Source: Thermodesulfovibrionia bacterium
GTDB lineage: Bacteria > Nitrospirota > Thermodesulfovibrionia > UBA6902
Assembly (NCBI GenBank): GCA_038918635.1
Contig: JBCKZY010000003.1
Location: forward strand, 6,073 to 70,072
Length of the DNA: 64,000 nucleotides
Direction of reading: 5' to 3'
A program made the translations under genes and the position numbers. The notes under the pieces were generated by a model, which was not told the DNA's origin, ran no database searches, and saw only the letters and a program-made list of their open reading frames with translations. This document shows, piece after piece, positions 9,165-18,611 of the stretch. Within the stretch, counting starts at the first letter, position 1, and each line of letters starts with the position of its first letter.

Positions 9165-9743
9165 TCAGTCATCAACCTGTCTTCTGAACCTTAGAAATAA
9201 ATAAAATCCGATGAGAAAAGGTTCAAATCTTATAACCATATTATCTGTAAAACTCCAGAGAAACTGGGACAGAAAAATCCTTGACCTGCTGAAAGTTTCA
9301 ATGTGTACCTGCATAAATGACTCGGTCAGGACTTTATACTCAAGTGACATCACAAAAAGGTGATGTATACAAATCAGTAATAACAGGGCCTCACTGAATG
9401 CCCTCAATCTCCTTCTAATAAAAAAATACATGGAAGACATTATCCCTAATGTCAGGGGGACATTAAATGTATATTTTGATGTCCTGACATTAATATCGAC
9501 CAGCATATCAGGTCTTATGCTCAATGGAGAATAAAAAGTAGCCCGGACTACATCCTTCATCTTAACCATTTCGTCAATCCTGGCATCCTTGATAACCCCT
9601 ATAACCCTGGAAGATACGAAGGTTACGGCATAACCGTAGTAGTCTTTAACCTGTATCCATATCAATAATGCTACAAAGTAAGCGATAAGGAATACGAGGA
9701 CAGTTTTGATTATGGTCTGTCTGTCAGGAGTTTTTAACTTCAT
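9165..9743 (-). CDS. polytopic membrane protein, likely exosortase-associated partner
   Basis: About 4 predicted TM segments. The start MKLKTPDRQ at 9743 overlaps the exosortase stop by 20 nt, which suggests translational coupling. I recognise no catalytic motif. Confidence 0.5.
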   Translation of the reverse strand: MKLKTPDRQTIIKTVLVFLIAYFVALLIWIQVKDYYGYAVTFVSSRVIGVIKDARIDEMVKMKDVVRATFYSPLSIRPDMLVDINVRTSKYTFNVPLTLGIMSSMYFFIRRRLRAFSEALLLLICIHHLFVMSLEYKVLTESFMQVHIETFSRSRIFLSQFLWSFTDNMVIRFEPFLIGFYLFLRFRRQVDD

Positions 9744-10293
9744 TGTTTGTATAGTTGAGATATATGAAAAAGACGCCCAGCGCAACCGCTATCATTATCC
9801 CCTGGGCCACATAAACATGAATGTATTCAAAAACATTCCTGAAATGAACACCTGAATATGCGAGCCCGGCTATTCTTATAATGTTTACTACCTGTATGAT
9901 TATAAAGCCCGCCAGTATACCGAGCAGTTTCCTCTTCCATGCAGCTGGAAACGCGAGAACGGCAACCGAATATATCATTACCGCTTCAAGGCCGTTACAA
10001 CCGAATTGAACATCAAGAGTTATGGACGGGAGTCGTATTAAAGAACCCTGAAAAGAACCCGGTATGCTGAGTAAACCCAGAACCTTGGAGGTTGCAACCA
10101 CCACCCCCGTTGTGTAGATTCCATTAAGATCAATAACTTCTCTTATCGGATCGAATCCGATAAGGAAAAAAAATGCCCCCATGAGAAGAAAGTAGGTTAA
10201 GATGAACCTCCTGATATTTAATCCGGAAGAGGCGTTCCCTTCTCTTTCTATCCCCTTTTTATGGCTTTTTTTATCTCTCTTCTTCTTTCCCAT
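9724..10293 (-). CDS. short-form exosortase/archaeosortase-family transpeptidase
   Basis: Polytopic, with the family triad in the usual order: GCNGLEA (Cys), NIIRIAG (Arg) and YIHVYVAQG (His). At 189 aa it is much shorter than XrtA or archaeosortase A. Confidence 0.7.
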   Translation of the reverse strand: MGKKKRDKKSHKKGIEREGNASSGLNIRRFILTYFLLMGAFFFLIGFDPIREVIDLNGIYTTGVVVATSKVLGLLSIPGSFQGSLIRLPSITLDVQFGCNGLEAVMIYSVAVLAFPAAWKRKLLGILAGFIIIQVVNIIRIAGLAYSGVHFRNVFEYIHVYVAQGIMIAVALGVFFIYLNYTNNEVKNS

Positions 10294-10406
10294 TGAATTA
10301 TAAGAAACTGAAATATTATATACTGGCAGGATATTTATTAAAACAGGAAGGCCGGGATATCACAAGGTTTAACCCGCATATTACATGAAGAAAATGATAC
10401 AGATTA

Positions 10407-10673
10407 TTACGTTTCTTCTTCTTTTAAGAAAATCTTTTTAGTCAATTTAAGAGTAATATTAATAACAGCAATTACAATCATAATAAAAATCAAATAAGCA
10501 ATAAAATCAATTAGATATGTTACGAACATAGAAGAAAATTTTATATCGAATATTTCATTTGCCACATAACCAAATAATGGGGAGACAACATATGTCATAA
10601 ATGCCCAACTCAACAACAAACCTGCGAATCCCCCCACGATATAAGATAGAGTGAGTACAGCAGTTTTCCACAT
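10407..10673 (-). CDS. small hydrophobic membrane protein, function unknown
   Basis: 88 aa with 3 predicted TM segments and a KK-rich tail. It lies upstream of the exosortase on the same strand. Confidence 0.4.
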   Translation of the reverse strand: MWKTAVLTLSYIVGGFAGLLLSWAFMTYVVSPLFGYVANEIFDIKFSSMFVTYLIDFIAYLIFIMIVIAVINITLKLTKKIFLKEEET

Positions 10674-10932
10674 CTATTTTCCACCTATTTTCATAAATGA
10701 CATATGCTCCTGATATAACACATCCTTCACTCTGATTTCCAATGAGATTTGCAGTCTTGAAAGGGTAAAATATATGTATCTCCATATATTTGGTTTTCTT
10801 CCGATCTAAATTTCACACCATCAGAATTTGCAGAAGACCTTATAAATGCTTTAGAATCATACAGGGTAGACAGGTGCAGTTAAGTAAACGCTATTTAAGT
10901 ATCTGAACTTTTTATATAAAATATGCAATAAC

Positions 10933-11017
10933 GGGCGAGTGGCGGAATTGGCAGACGCGCTGGACTTAGGATCCAGTGAGGTGACTCGTGAAGGTTCAAG
11001 TCCTTTCTCGCCCACCA
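10933..11017 (+). tRNA. tRNA-Leu (anticodon UAG), CCA encoded
   Basis: The acceptor stem GGGCGAG/CTCGCCC pairs. The anticodon arm CTGGA-CTTAGGA-TCCAG gives UAG. It has a long variable arm typical of tRNA-Leu, a GGTTCAAGTCC T-arm and a terminal ACCA. Confidence 0.9.
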
Positions 11018-11097
11018 TTATTTTTGAATTTATATACACCGACTACTGAGGTTCTCCGCCACATTGAAAATTGTAGCGAGATCTCGCCTGCGGCGGA

Positions 11098-11117
11098 AAG
11101 TCCTCTCTCGCCCACCA
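11098..11117 (+). repeat. duplicate of the tRNA-Leu 3-prime end (att-like remnant)
   Basis: AAGTCCTCTCTCGCCCACCA versus AAGTCCTTTCTCGCCCACCA at 10998-11017. That is 19 of 20 identical, exactly 100 bp downstream. Confidence 0.6.
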
Positions 11118-11296
11118 TTTTAAACATATACCAGATTTATTCTTTTCTGGATTTCGCAATTTTTGAATCCACTGGTTGCGGAAAAACCTTAATCGTATCC
11201 TCTCTATGTATTGTTTCCAATAGGATATATATGTATGGTATTATAATGTGATCCAGAACATTGACTTTCGGTAAATTTTATTATACATTTTAGCTT

Positions 11297-13003
11297 ATGA
11301 ATACAAAATTAGGGCAATTACTGATAGAAGGCAATCTGATTACCGAAGAACATTTAAATAATGCCCTTGAAGCACAGGCAAAAAATGGAGGCCGTCTTGG
11401 TACAACACTCATTAATATGGGCGTTATTGATGAGGAGCAACTTATTAATTTTCTCAGTAAACAGTATGATGCCCCTGCCATCAACCTCCATGAATACGAT
11501 ATAGACCCGTCAATTACCAAATTTATTCCTCATGAAGTAGTAATGAAATATCACATATTCCCTGTTGCTAAAGTTGGCGCCACTTTGACAATTGCAATGG
11601 CGGATCCCTCAAACGTCTTTGCTATTGACGATGTAAAATTCATGACAGGTTATAATGTCGAACCTGTTGTTGCCTCAGAGGTTTCCATTAGCGAATCTAT
11701 CGCCGAGCATTACGGAAGTTCTTCCGACTCGCTTCAGACCGTAATGGACAGTCTGGAAGGCAAGGATACTGATACCGTAGATTTCGTATATGAAGAAGAA
11801 GAGAATATTGATATTGCAGATTTAAAGCAGGCTGTTGAGGAAGCGCCTGTCGTTAAACTCGTTAACCTGATACTCAGTGAGGCTATTGACAGAGGCGGAA
11901 GTGATATTCACATTGAACCATATGAAAAAACCTTCAGAGTACGTTATAGGATTGACGGTGTTCTTTATGATGTCATGCAGCCTCCTCCCAGACTGAGGGC
12001 CGCTCTTTCTTCAAGAATCAAGATTATGGCGGAACTTGATATAGCCGAGAGACGCCTTCCTCAGGACGGAAGAATCAAGCTGAAAATAAGAGGAAAACCG
12101 GTTGACCTGCGTGTCTCGACTCTCCCTACGCTTTTCGGTGAAAAGATCGTTATGAGAATTCTTGACAAAAGCAACCTTGAACTTGACCTGACAAAACTCG
12201 GTTTTGAAGAAGGGGCTCTGGAACACTTTACCGAGGCTATAAATTCACCTTATGGCATGGTCCTTGTTACCGGACCTACCGGAAGCGGTAAGACCACTTC
12301 CCTTTATTCAGCTCTTAGCACTATAAATAAGGTTGACGTTAACATAATGACTGTAGAAGACCCTGTTGAATACAATTTATTAGGTATTAACCAGGTACAT
12401 GTTAAAGATGAGATAGGACTTTCCTTTGCTGCCGCGCTCAGGTCATTCCTGAGGCAGGACCCTGATATAGTAATGGTAGGTGAAATAAGAGACTTTGAGA
12501 CAGCTGAAATCGCGGTTAAGGCTGCTCTGACCGGCCACCTTGTCCTCAGTACCCTGCATACAAACGATGCGCCCAGCACTATTTCAAGGCTCCTTAATAT
12601 GGGAGTTGAACCATTCCTTGTATCTGCGTCAGTACTGCTCATCCTGGCCCAGAGACTCTGCAGGAAAATCTGCACTAATTGCATGGAAGAAGAGAACATC
12701 CCTGTACCTGCCCTGGTAAAGATAGGCTTAACGGAAGAGGAGGCGGGTAACACCAAGTGTTTCAAAGGCAAGGGATGTTCTAAATGCAATGATACGGGCT
12801 ACAAGGGAAGAATAGCTCTTTATGAGGTAATGCCTATTTCTGATGAGATAAGAGAGCTGATCCTTGAAGGCGCGTCCTCTTCTGAAATAAAGAGTTCTGC
12901 AGTCAGGCTTGGCATGAAAACACTGCGCATGAGCGGGCTTACAAAGTTAATGGAGGGTGTTACAACCATGGAAGAAGTCTTAAGGGTTACATTTGGAGAT
13001 TAA
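11297..13003 (+). CDS. pilB: type IV pilus assembly ATPase PilB (GspE family) with MshEN-type N-terminus
   Basis: T2SSE_N-type N-terminal motifs, Walker A GPTGSGKT and a tetracysteine cluster (CRKICTNC ... CSKC). It is 568 aa and is followed by pilT and pilC. Confidence 0.9.
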   Translation: MNTKLGQLLIEGNLITEEHLNNALEAQAKNGGRLGTTLINMGVIDEEQLINFLSKQYDAPAINLHEYDIDPSITKFIPHEVVMKYHIFPVAKVGATLTIAMADPSNVFAIDDVKFMTGYNVEPVVASEVSISESIAEHYGSSSDSLQTVMDSLEGKDTDTVDFVYEEEENIDIADLKQAVEEAPVVKLVNLILSEAIDRGGSDIHIEPYEKTFRVRYRIDGVLYDVMQPPPRLRAALSSRIKIMAELDIAERRLPQDGRIKLKIRGKPVDLRVSTLPTLFGEKIVMRILDKSNLELDLTKLGFEEGALEHFTEAINSPYGMVLVTGPTGSGKTTSLYSALSTINKVDVNIMTVEDPVEYNLLGINQVHVKDEIGLSFAAALRSFLRQDPDIVMVGEIRDFETAEIAVKAALTGHLVLSTLHTNDAPSTISRLLNMGVEPFLVSASVLLILAQRLCRKICTNCMEEENIPVPALVKIGLTEEEAGNTKCFKGKGCSKCNDTGYKGRIALYEVMPISDEIRELILEGASSSEIKSSAVRLGMKTLRMSGLTKLMEGVTTMEEVLRVTFGD

Positions 13004-13086
13004 TTCAGTCTGCCGGCTTTTACTTGCATAAAGCAGCAATGTATATTCCAGATTGATTATATCAATAAAATAATATAGAGTTAATA

Positions 13087-14181
13087 ATGGTTTCTTTACA
13101 CGATTTATTAAAATTACTTATTGACAAAGGAGCTTCAGACCTCCACATAAGTACTGGTTCTCCGCCCCGTATCAGAATCGACGGTAAACTGCGTCCGACT
13201 GATGACCCTTCCCTAACTCCCGCGGAAACAAAAGCAATCTGTTACAGCGTTCTTACTGACGCTCAGAAACATCAATTTGAAGAGCAAAATGAACTGGACC
13301 TGTCATTTGGACTGAAGGGGTTAAGCCGGTTCAGGGCCAATATCTTCATGCAGCGTGGAGCCGTCGCTGCGGCATTCAGGACTATCCCCTTTGAGATAAA
13401 ATCTTTTGATGAACTGGGCTTACCTGATATAATAAGGACATTTCCAAAAAAACCAAGAGGGCTGATACTCGTAACCGGACCTACCGGAAGCGGAAAATCT
13501 ACTACCCTCGCAACGATTATCGATACGATCAACAGAGAACGTGATGAACACATAATTACGATAGAGGACCCGGTTGAATACCTGCACACTCACCGGAGAT
13601 GCCTTGTAAACCAGAGAGAGGTTAATTCGGACACAAAATCTTTTAAGGATGCTCTACGTTATGTCCTGAGACAGGATCCTGACATTGTCCTGATAGGTGA
13701 AATGAGAGATCTTGAAACAATGGAAGCCGCTCTTACCGTGTCAGAGACCGGTCATCTTACATTTGCTACTTTACATACTAACACTGCTGTTCAGAGCATT
13801 AATAGAATTATCGACGTCTTCCCTGCATTTCAACAGGAACAGATAAGGGTCCAGCTCTCATTTGTTCTGGAAGGGATCATTTCCCAGCAGCTAATTCCAA
13901 AAAAATCAGGTATTGGCAGAGCCCTGGCCATAGAAATAATGATCCCCACCCCTGCGATCAGAAACCTTATAAGGGAAGAAAAGATCCATCAGTTGTATTC
14001 CAATATGCAGGCAGGTCAGGCAAAGATGGGTATGCAGACCATGAACCAGTCTCTATATGAACTTTACCGTAGAGGAGATTTATCTTACGAGACCGTTATC
14101 AGCAAAACATCCATGCCTGATGAACTTATTAACATGATAGACGCTTCCGATACATCAAAGAAAGGAAGAAGAAATGCCTAA
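13087..14181 (+). CDS. pilT: twitching motility ATPase PilT
   Basis: 364 aa, with Walker A GPTGSGKST and the PilT signature AIRNLIREEK. Confidence 0.9.
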   Translation: MVSLHDLLKLLIDKGASDLHISTGSPPRIRIDGKLRPTDDPSLTPAETKAICYSVLTDAQKHQFEEQNELDLSFGLKGLSRFRANIFMQRGAVAAAFRTIPFEIKSFDELGLPDIIRTFPKKPRGLILVTGPTGSGKSTTLATIIDTINRERDEHIITIEDPVEYLHTHRRCLVNQREVNSDTKSFKDALRYVLRQDPDIVLIGEMRDLETMEAALTVSETGHLTFATLHTNTAVQSINRIIDVFPAFQQEQIRVQLSFVLEGIISQQLIPKKSGIGRALAIEIMIPTPAIRNLIREEKIHQLYSNMQAGQAKMGMQTMNQSLYELYRRGDLSYETVISKTSMPDELINMIDASDTSKKGRRNA

Positions 14182-15385
14182 AGTATTTAAATGGGCAGGG
14201 AAAAGCCCGAAGGGAGCTACTGTAACAGGTGAATTAACCGCCAACACATCGGATGAAGTAAAATCACTATTACGAAAACAGGGCATAACACCCACAACTA
14301 TAAAAGAAAAGGCAAAACCAGCTTTTAGTGGTCTTTTTATCAAGACAAAGGTTACCGATAAGGATCTCGTAATCTTTTCAAAGCAGTTCTCAACCATGAT
14401 CGATGCCGGATTACCGCTTGTCCAGGCATTGGACATTCTTTCCGAACAGAGCGAAAACAAAACGCTCGCAAAAGCCTCCGCGGACATAAAGGCTGACGTT
14501 GAAGGTGGTTCAACCTATGCGGACGCCTTAAGGAAATTCCCCAAGATATTTAACGATCTCTACTGTAACATGGTCTCGGCCGGTGAATCAGGCGGTACCC
14601 TGGATATAATACTTGTCCGTGTAGCGGACTACATTGAAAAGTCCATGAAGCTTAAAAAGAAGATAAAGGGTGCTTTAATCTACCCTTCAGTCATAATTAC
14701 CGTAGCAGTTGCGGTTATAGCCGTTATTATGATATTCGTTATTCCAACCTTTTCCAAGATGTTTGTAGTATTTGGCGGGACTCTCCCTTTGCCAACCAGG
14801 ATAGTTTTAGGGGCCAGTGACTTTTTGACAGGTCTGGGCGGTATTATACTCGGGTTAAGTATAATTGGATTCTTTGTCTTTATTGTCCAGATCAGGAAGA
14901 CGAAAAAAGGCCGGAAAATTACTGACGCAATAACACTCAAACTCCCGGTTGTCGGAATCCTTGTCAGGAAAGTATCCATAGCTAAATTCACAAGAACCCT
15001 TGGCACACTCATAAGCAGCGGTGTCCCCATTCTCGACGGTTTGAATATCACCGCCAAAACCGCCGGCAATGTAATAGTTGAAGAGGCTGTTATGAAAGTG
15101 CGACAGGGGGTATCCGAGGGACAGACCATAGCAGAACCATTGTCTCTGTCAAAAGTCTTCCCTCCCATGGTTACACAGATGATCGCTGTAGGAGAAACAA
15201 CCGGCGCCCTGGATAATATGCTCGGCAAGATCGCTGACTTTTATGATGATGAAGTTGATGACGCTACAAACAACCTTACCGCTATGATGGAGCCTATGCT
15301 TATGGTCTTTCTTGGGATTTCCATAGGTTTTATAGTTATTGCTATGTATATGCCTATATTCAAGCTTATTACCCTTATCAAGTGA
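14174..15385 (+). CDS. pilC: type IV pilus inner-membrane platform protein PilC
   Basis: Two T2SSF repeats in a 403-aa protein. The start overlaps the pilT stop by 8 nt. Confidence 0.9.
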   Translation: MPKVFKWAGKSPKGATVTGELTANTSDEVKSLLRKQGITPTTIKEKAKPAFSGLFIKTKVTDKDLVIFSKQFSTMIDAGLPLVQALDILSEQSENKTLAKASADIKADVEGGSTYADALRKFPKIFNDLYCNMVSAGESGGTLDIILVRVADYIEKSMKLKKKIKGALIYPSVIITVAVAVIAVIMIFVIPTFSKMFVVFGGTLPLPTRIVLGASDFLTGLGGIILGLSIIGFFVFIVQIRKTKKGRKITDAITLKLPVVGILVRKVSIAKFTRTLGTLISSGVPILDGLNITAKTAGNVIVEEAVMKVRQGVSEGQTIAEPLSLSKVFPPMVTQMIAVGETTGALDNMLGKIADFYDDEVDDATNNLTAMMEPMLMVFLGISIGFIVIAMYMPIFKLITLIK

Positions 15386-15454
15386 TCACATTACAGAATA
15401 CGGGCAATACTCTATCGTCTGCAAAAACATCCTTCTTCTCTATTCAGTATTAAT

Positions 15455-16990
15455 ATGCGCGATGTACAATATAACAGACTGCGTGCCTACATATTCATAA
15501 GGACCCTTATTGTCACTATCCTGCTCGGTACGTTCTATATCTTTAAGGTTGAATACAGTAAACTCTTTTACCCTGTTGTTTTCGGTTATTTTGTAGCCTT
15601 TTTATATTTATTAACGATAATATATGCTTTATTACTCAGGTGGATAAAAACTGGGAAACAACTTAATAGCTTTGCGTATATACAGATAATAATAGATATC
15701 ATCGCCGGAACCTGTCTCATCTTCCTGACCGGCGGAATAGCAAGCTGGTTCTCTTTCCTCTTCCTGTTAAATATTATTTCAGGAAGTATTATGCTCAACA
15801 GACGAGCGTGCTTTATTTTCGCGATACTTTCCAGTCTCCTTTACGGATTTCTTTTGAATCTCCAGCTTTACAAAATAATTCCTGTCACAACCATACACAT
15901 CTATTACGAGAATGAGTATTTCTATAATATCTTTGCTAATACTACCGCCTTTTTTGTTGTTTCATTCCTGAGCGGATATCTCTCAAAGAAGTTATATGAA
16001 ACAACTGAAGACCTTAAGGAAAAAAATATAATTTTAAGCGACTTGAGAGTATTAAGCAGAGACATAATTGAAAGTATTCCCAGCGGAATCCTTACATCCA
16101 GCCTTGATTATAGAATTATAACTTTCAATGCCGCAGCCAAGAAAATAATGAAATACAATGCAGCTAACGTTATCGGCAAGACCCCTATGGAGATCTTCCC
16201 TTTCCTTTCTGATTCATTACCCCTGGAGAGAATAGAGGGAGAAGTGTTAAGAAACGGCAAAAATATTATTATAGGCATAAAATTCTCAGACCTTAGGAAC
16301 AGCAAGGGTGAACCAATCGGGATGATCGGGACTTTTCAGGATCTGACCGGGCTAAAAGCCATGGAGGAGAAGGTCAAACAGAAGGAGAAATGGGCATCCA
16401 TCGGCGAGCTCTCCGCCCTTATCGCTCATGAACTTAGAAATCCACTTACCGCCCTTAAGGCCTCAATTGAGATGCTGCATGAAAAAAACTCTTCAGGAGA
16501 GCATGCCGATCAACTTATGAAGATAGCCGTTGCTGAGATGGACAGACTGAACGTAATAGTTACAGACTTTTTATTATACGCAAAACCTGCCCAGCAGAAC
16601 CGAAAGCCATTTGACCTTCACCAGTCTTTAAAAGATATAATATCTCTTCTTCAAAGCTCTTCAGAAGATAATAAGAATATCGAAATAAAATCAAATCTGC
16701 CAGGCAAAGTATTCATAAAGGGTGACGCAAGACAGCTGCAGCAGGTATTCTGGAACCTAGGCATAAATGCTGTTCACGCCATTTCAGGGAGCGGGACAGT
16801 AAGTGTCTATACCGAGAAGAAGGATACTACTGTAAAAATTTTTTTTAATGATACCGGGGTGGGTCTTATAAAAGAAAATATAAAAAATATCTTCTTCCCT
16901 TTTTATACTACAAAGGAGAAAGGAACCGGTCTTGGGCTTTCTATCGCGCAGAGGATCACTGAAGAACACGGGGGGGGTGATTTCTGTTGA
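15455..16990 (+). CDS. pilS: PilS-like sensor histidine kinase; reading frame broken at a G8 tract (an intact gene would end at 17051)
   Basis: Polytopic N-terminus, a PAS region, the H-box IAHELRNPL, and the HATPase_c N and G boxes (GTGLGLSI). After the G run (16970-16977) the frame stops at 16988-16990. The -1 frame continues VISVESNGTGSGTLFSVELPIYNK, the expected kinase C-terminus. Confidence 0.85.
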   Translation: MRDVQYNRLRAYIFIRTLIVTILLGTFYIFKVEYSKLFYPVVFGYFVAFLYLLTIIYALLLRWIKTGKQLNSFAYIQIIIDIIAGTCLIFLTGGIASWFSFLFLLNIISGSIMLNRRACFIFAILSSLLYGFLLNLQLYKIIPVTTIHIYYENEYFYNIFANTTAFFVVSFLSGYLSKKLYETTEDLKEKNIILSDLRVLSRDIIESIPSGILTSSLDYRIITFNAAAKKIMKYNAANVIGKTPMEIFPFLSDSLPLERIEGEVLRNGKNIIIGIKFSDLRNSKGEPIGMIGTFQDLTGLKAMEEKVKQKEKWASIGELSALIAHELRNPLTALKASIEMLHEKNSSGEHADQLMKIAVAEMDRLNVIVTDFLLYAKPAQQNRKPFDLHQSLKDIISLLQSSSEDNKNIEIKSNLPGKVFIKGDARQLQQVFWNLGINAVHAISGSGTVSVYTEKKDTTVKIFFNDTGVGLIKENIKNIFFPFYTTKEKGTGLGLSIAQRITEEHGGGDFC

Positions 16991-17071
16991 ATCCAACGGG
17001 ACGGGAAGCGGCACATTATTTTCTGTAGAATTACCTATTTATAATAAATAATTATTTCCGATCTAAAAGAT

Positions 17072-18445
17072 ATGAAAAAGTCAAAAAGAAAGATACTGGT
17101 TGTTGATGATGAGCAGAACATCAGGAAGCTCCTTAAAATCTTCCTGACAGAAGAAGGCTACAGCGTTGAAGTAGCGGATAATGGAGAGTCGGGACTTGAG
17201 GCTGTCAAAAATCATATATTTGACCTTGTCATAACAGATCTCAAGATGCCGAAATTAAGCGGTTTTGAACTTTTAAAAGGCATTAAGGAAGTGTCCCCGG
17301 ATACCATAGTTGTTATTATTACGGCATTTGGGACTACTGAATCCGCTGTTGAAGCTATGAAACTCGGTGCTTTTGACTACATACAAAAACCTTTCAAGAT
17401 TGACGATATAAGACTAATTGTAAAAAATGCCCTCGATAAACACGCGCTTCAGGAAGAGCTGTCGATATTGAAAGAGCAATTCAAGTCCACATCCCTTGAA
17501 AATATCATTGGTAACAGCCCCGCGATGCTCAATCTCTTCTCTCTTATATCCAAAACAGCATCAAGTAATGCTAACGTCCTTATCACCGGTGAAAGCGGCA
17601 CAGGCAAAGAACTGGTTGCAATGGCAATACATAACATGAGCCCGATAAAAGATAACCGTTTTGTCGCTATAAACTGCGCTGCAATTCCAGAGGGTCTGCT
17701 TGAAAGCGAGCTTTTCGGCCATATGAGGGGCGCCTTTTCAGGTGCTACAGCTAACAAACAGGGTTTATTCGAACATGCTGACGGCGGAACACTCTTTATG
17801 GACGAGATTGGGGATATGCCCTTAAACCTCCAGGCAAAGCTTTTGAGGGTCATCGAAAATAACCTGATTCGAAGAGTAGGAGGCGTTTCGGATATAAAGG
17901 TTGACGTACGACTCATTTCAGCCACTAACACTGAAATAAACAAGCTTATTGAAGAAAAACGTTTCAGGGAGGACTTATTCTTCAGATTAAACGTTCTATC
18001 CATAAAAGTTCCTCCATTAAGAGAACGCCGTAAAGATATCCCTATATTAATCGAACACTTCATGAAAAAATACACTACCGGCAAAACGACCTTCTCTCAG
18101 GACGCAATTGCAATGCTCTCAGATTATTACTGGAAGGGTAACGTCAGGGAGCTCGAAAACATTATAGAAAGGCTTTTACTTATCTGTGACAGGGATGTCA
18201 TTGATGTTGAGGATCTTCCTGAGGAGATCAGGCTTATCTCAACCGCTGAATCTGTTTCCATGCCTTCAGACGGTATTAGCATTGAAAAACTGATTGAAAA
18301 CACAGAAAAGGCATACCTGCTGAAGGCCCTTGAAAATACCAACGGCATTAAAACAGAGGCCGCAAAACTGCTCAAGCTCTCCTTCAGGTCTTTCAGGCAC
18401 AGACTGAAAAAATACGGTATAGACAAAAAAATTATAACAGACTAG
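17072..18445 (+). CDS. pilR: PilR-like sigma-54-dependent response regulator
   Basis: REC domain, AAA+ module (GESGTGKE, ESELFGHMRGAFSGA) and Fis-type HTH, immediately downstream of the pilS-like kinase. Confidence 0.9.
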   Translation: MKKSKRKILVVDDEQNIRKLLKIFLTEEGYSVEVADNGESGLEAVKNHIFDLVITDLKMPKLSGFELLKGIKEVSPDTIVVIITAFGTTESAVEAMKLGAFDYIQKPFKIDDIRLIVKNALDKHALQEELSILKEQFKSTSLENIIGNSPAMLNLFSLISKTASSNANVLITGESGTGKELVAMAIHNMSPIKDNRFVAINCAAIPEGLLESELFGHMRGAFSGATANKQGLFEHADGGTLFMDEIGDMPLNLQAKLLRVIENNLIRRVGGVSDIKVDVRLISATNTEINKLIEEKRFREDLFFRLNVLSIKVPPLRERRKDIPILIEHFMKKYTTGKTTFSQDAIAMLSDYYWKGNVRELENIIERLLLICDRDVIDVEDLPEEIRLISTAESVSMPSDGISIEKLIENTEKAYLLKALENTNGIKTEAAKLLKLSFRSFRHRLKKYGIDKKIITD

Positions 18446-18611
18446 TAAATGCGATAATATTCCTATAAATATTTGCTTAACCGGAAGAAAGTATACTTCG
18501 ATACATCAAGAGATATGAAGATCGCAAGGCGACCAACCGTGGACCTGACAACCTGAGTAGTTTGCTGTTTTGATATATTTTATAAAAATTGCACCCGGGG
18601 GGTAGAAATAC

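Noticed and set aside
10555-10785. 76-aa ORF overlapping the start of the 88-aa membrane protein gene (possible fourth frameshift)
   Set aside because: The upstream 38 codons have no recognisable similarity and a stop lies immediately upstream. The evidence is insufficient to propose a fused gene.
10933-11296. Integrated prophage or genomic island at tRNA-Leu
   Set aside because: Only about 80 bp separate the tRNA from its duplicated 3-prime end, and no integrase or cargo genes are present. It is kept only as a possible scar.
18446-18611. Sigma-54 (-24/-12) promoter downstream of pilR
   Set aside because: No GG-N10-GC arrangement with TGGCAC/TTGC-like elements was found by eye. TTGCAC is present, but no -24 GG is at the correct spacing.
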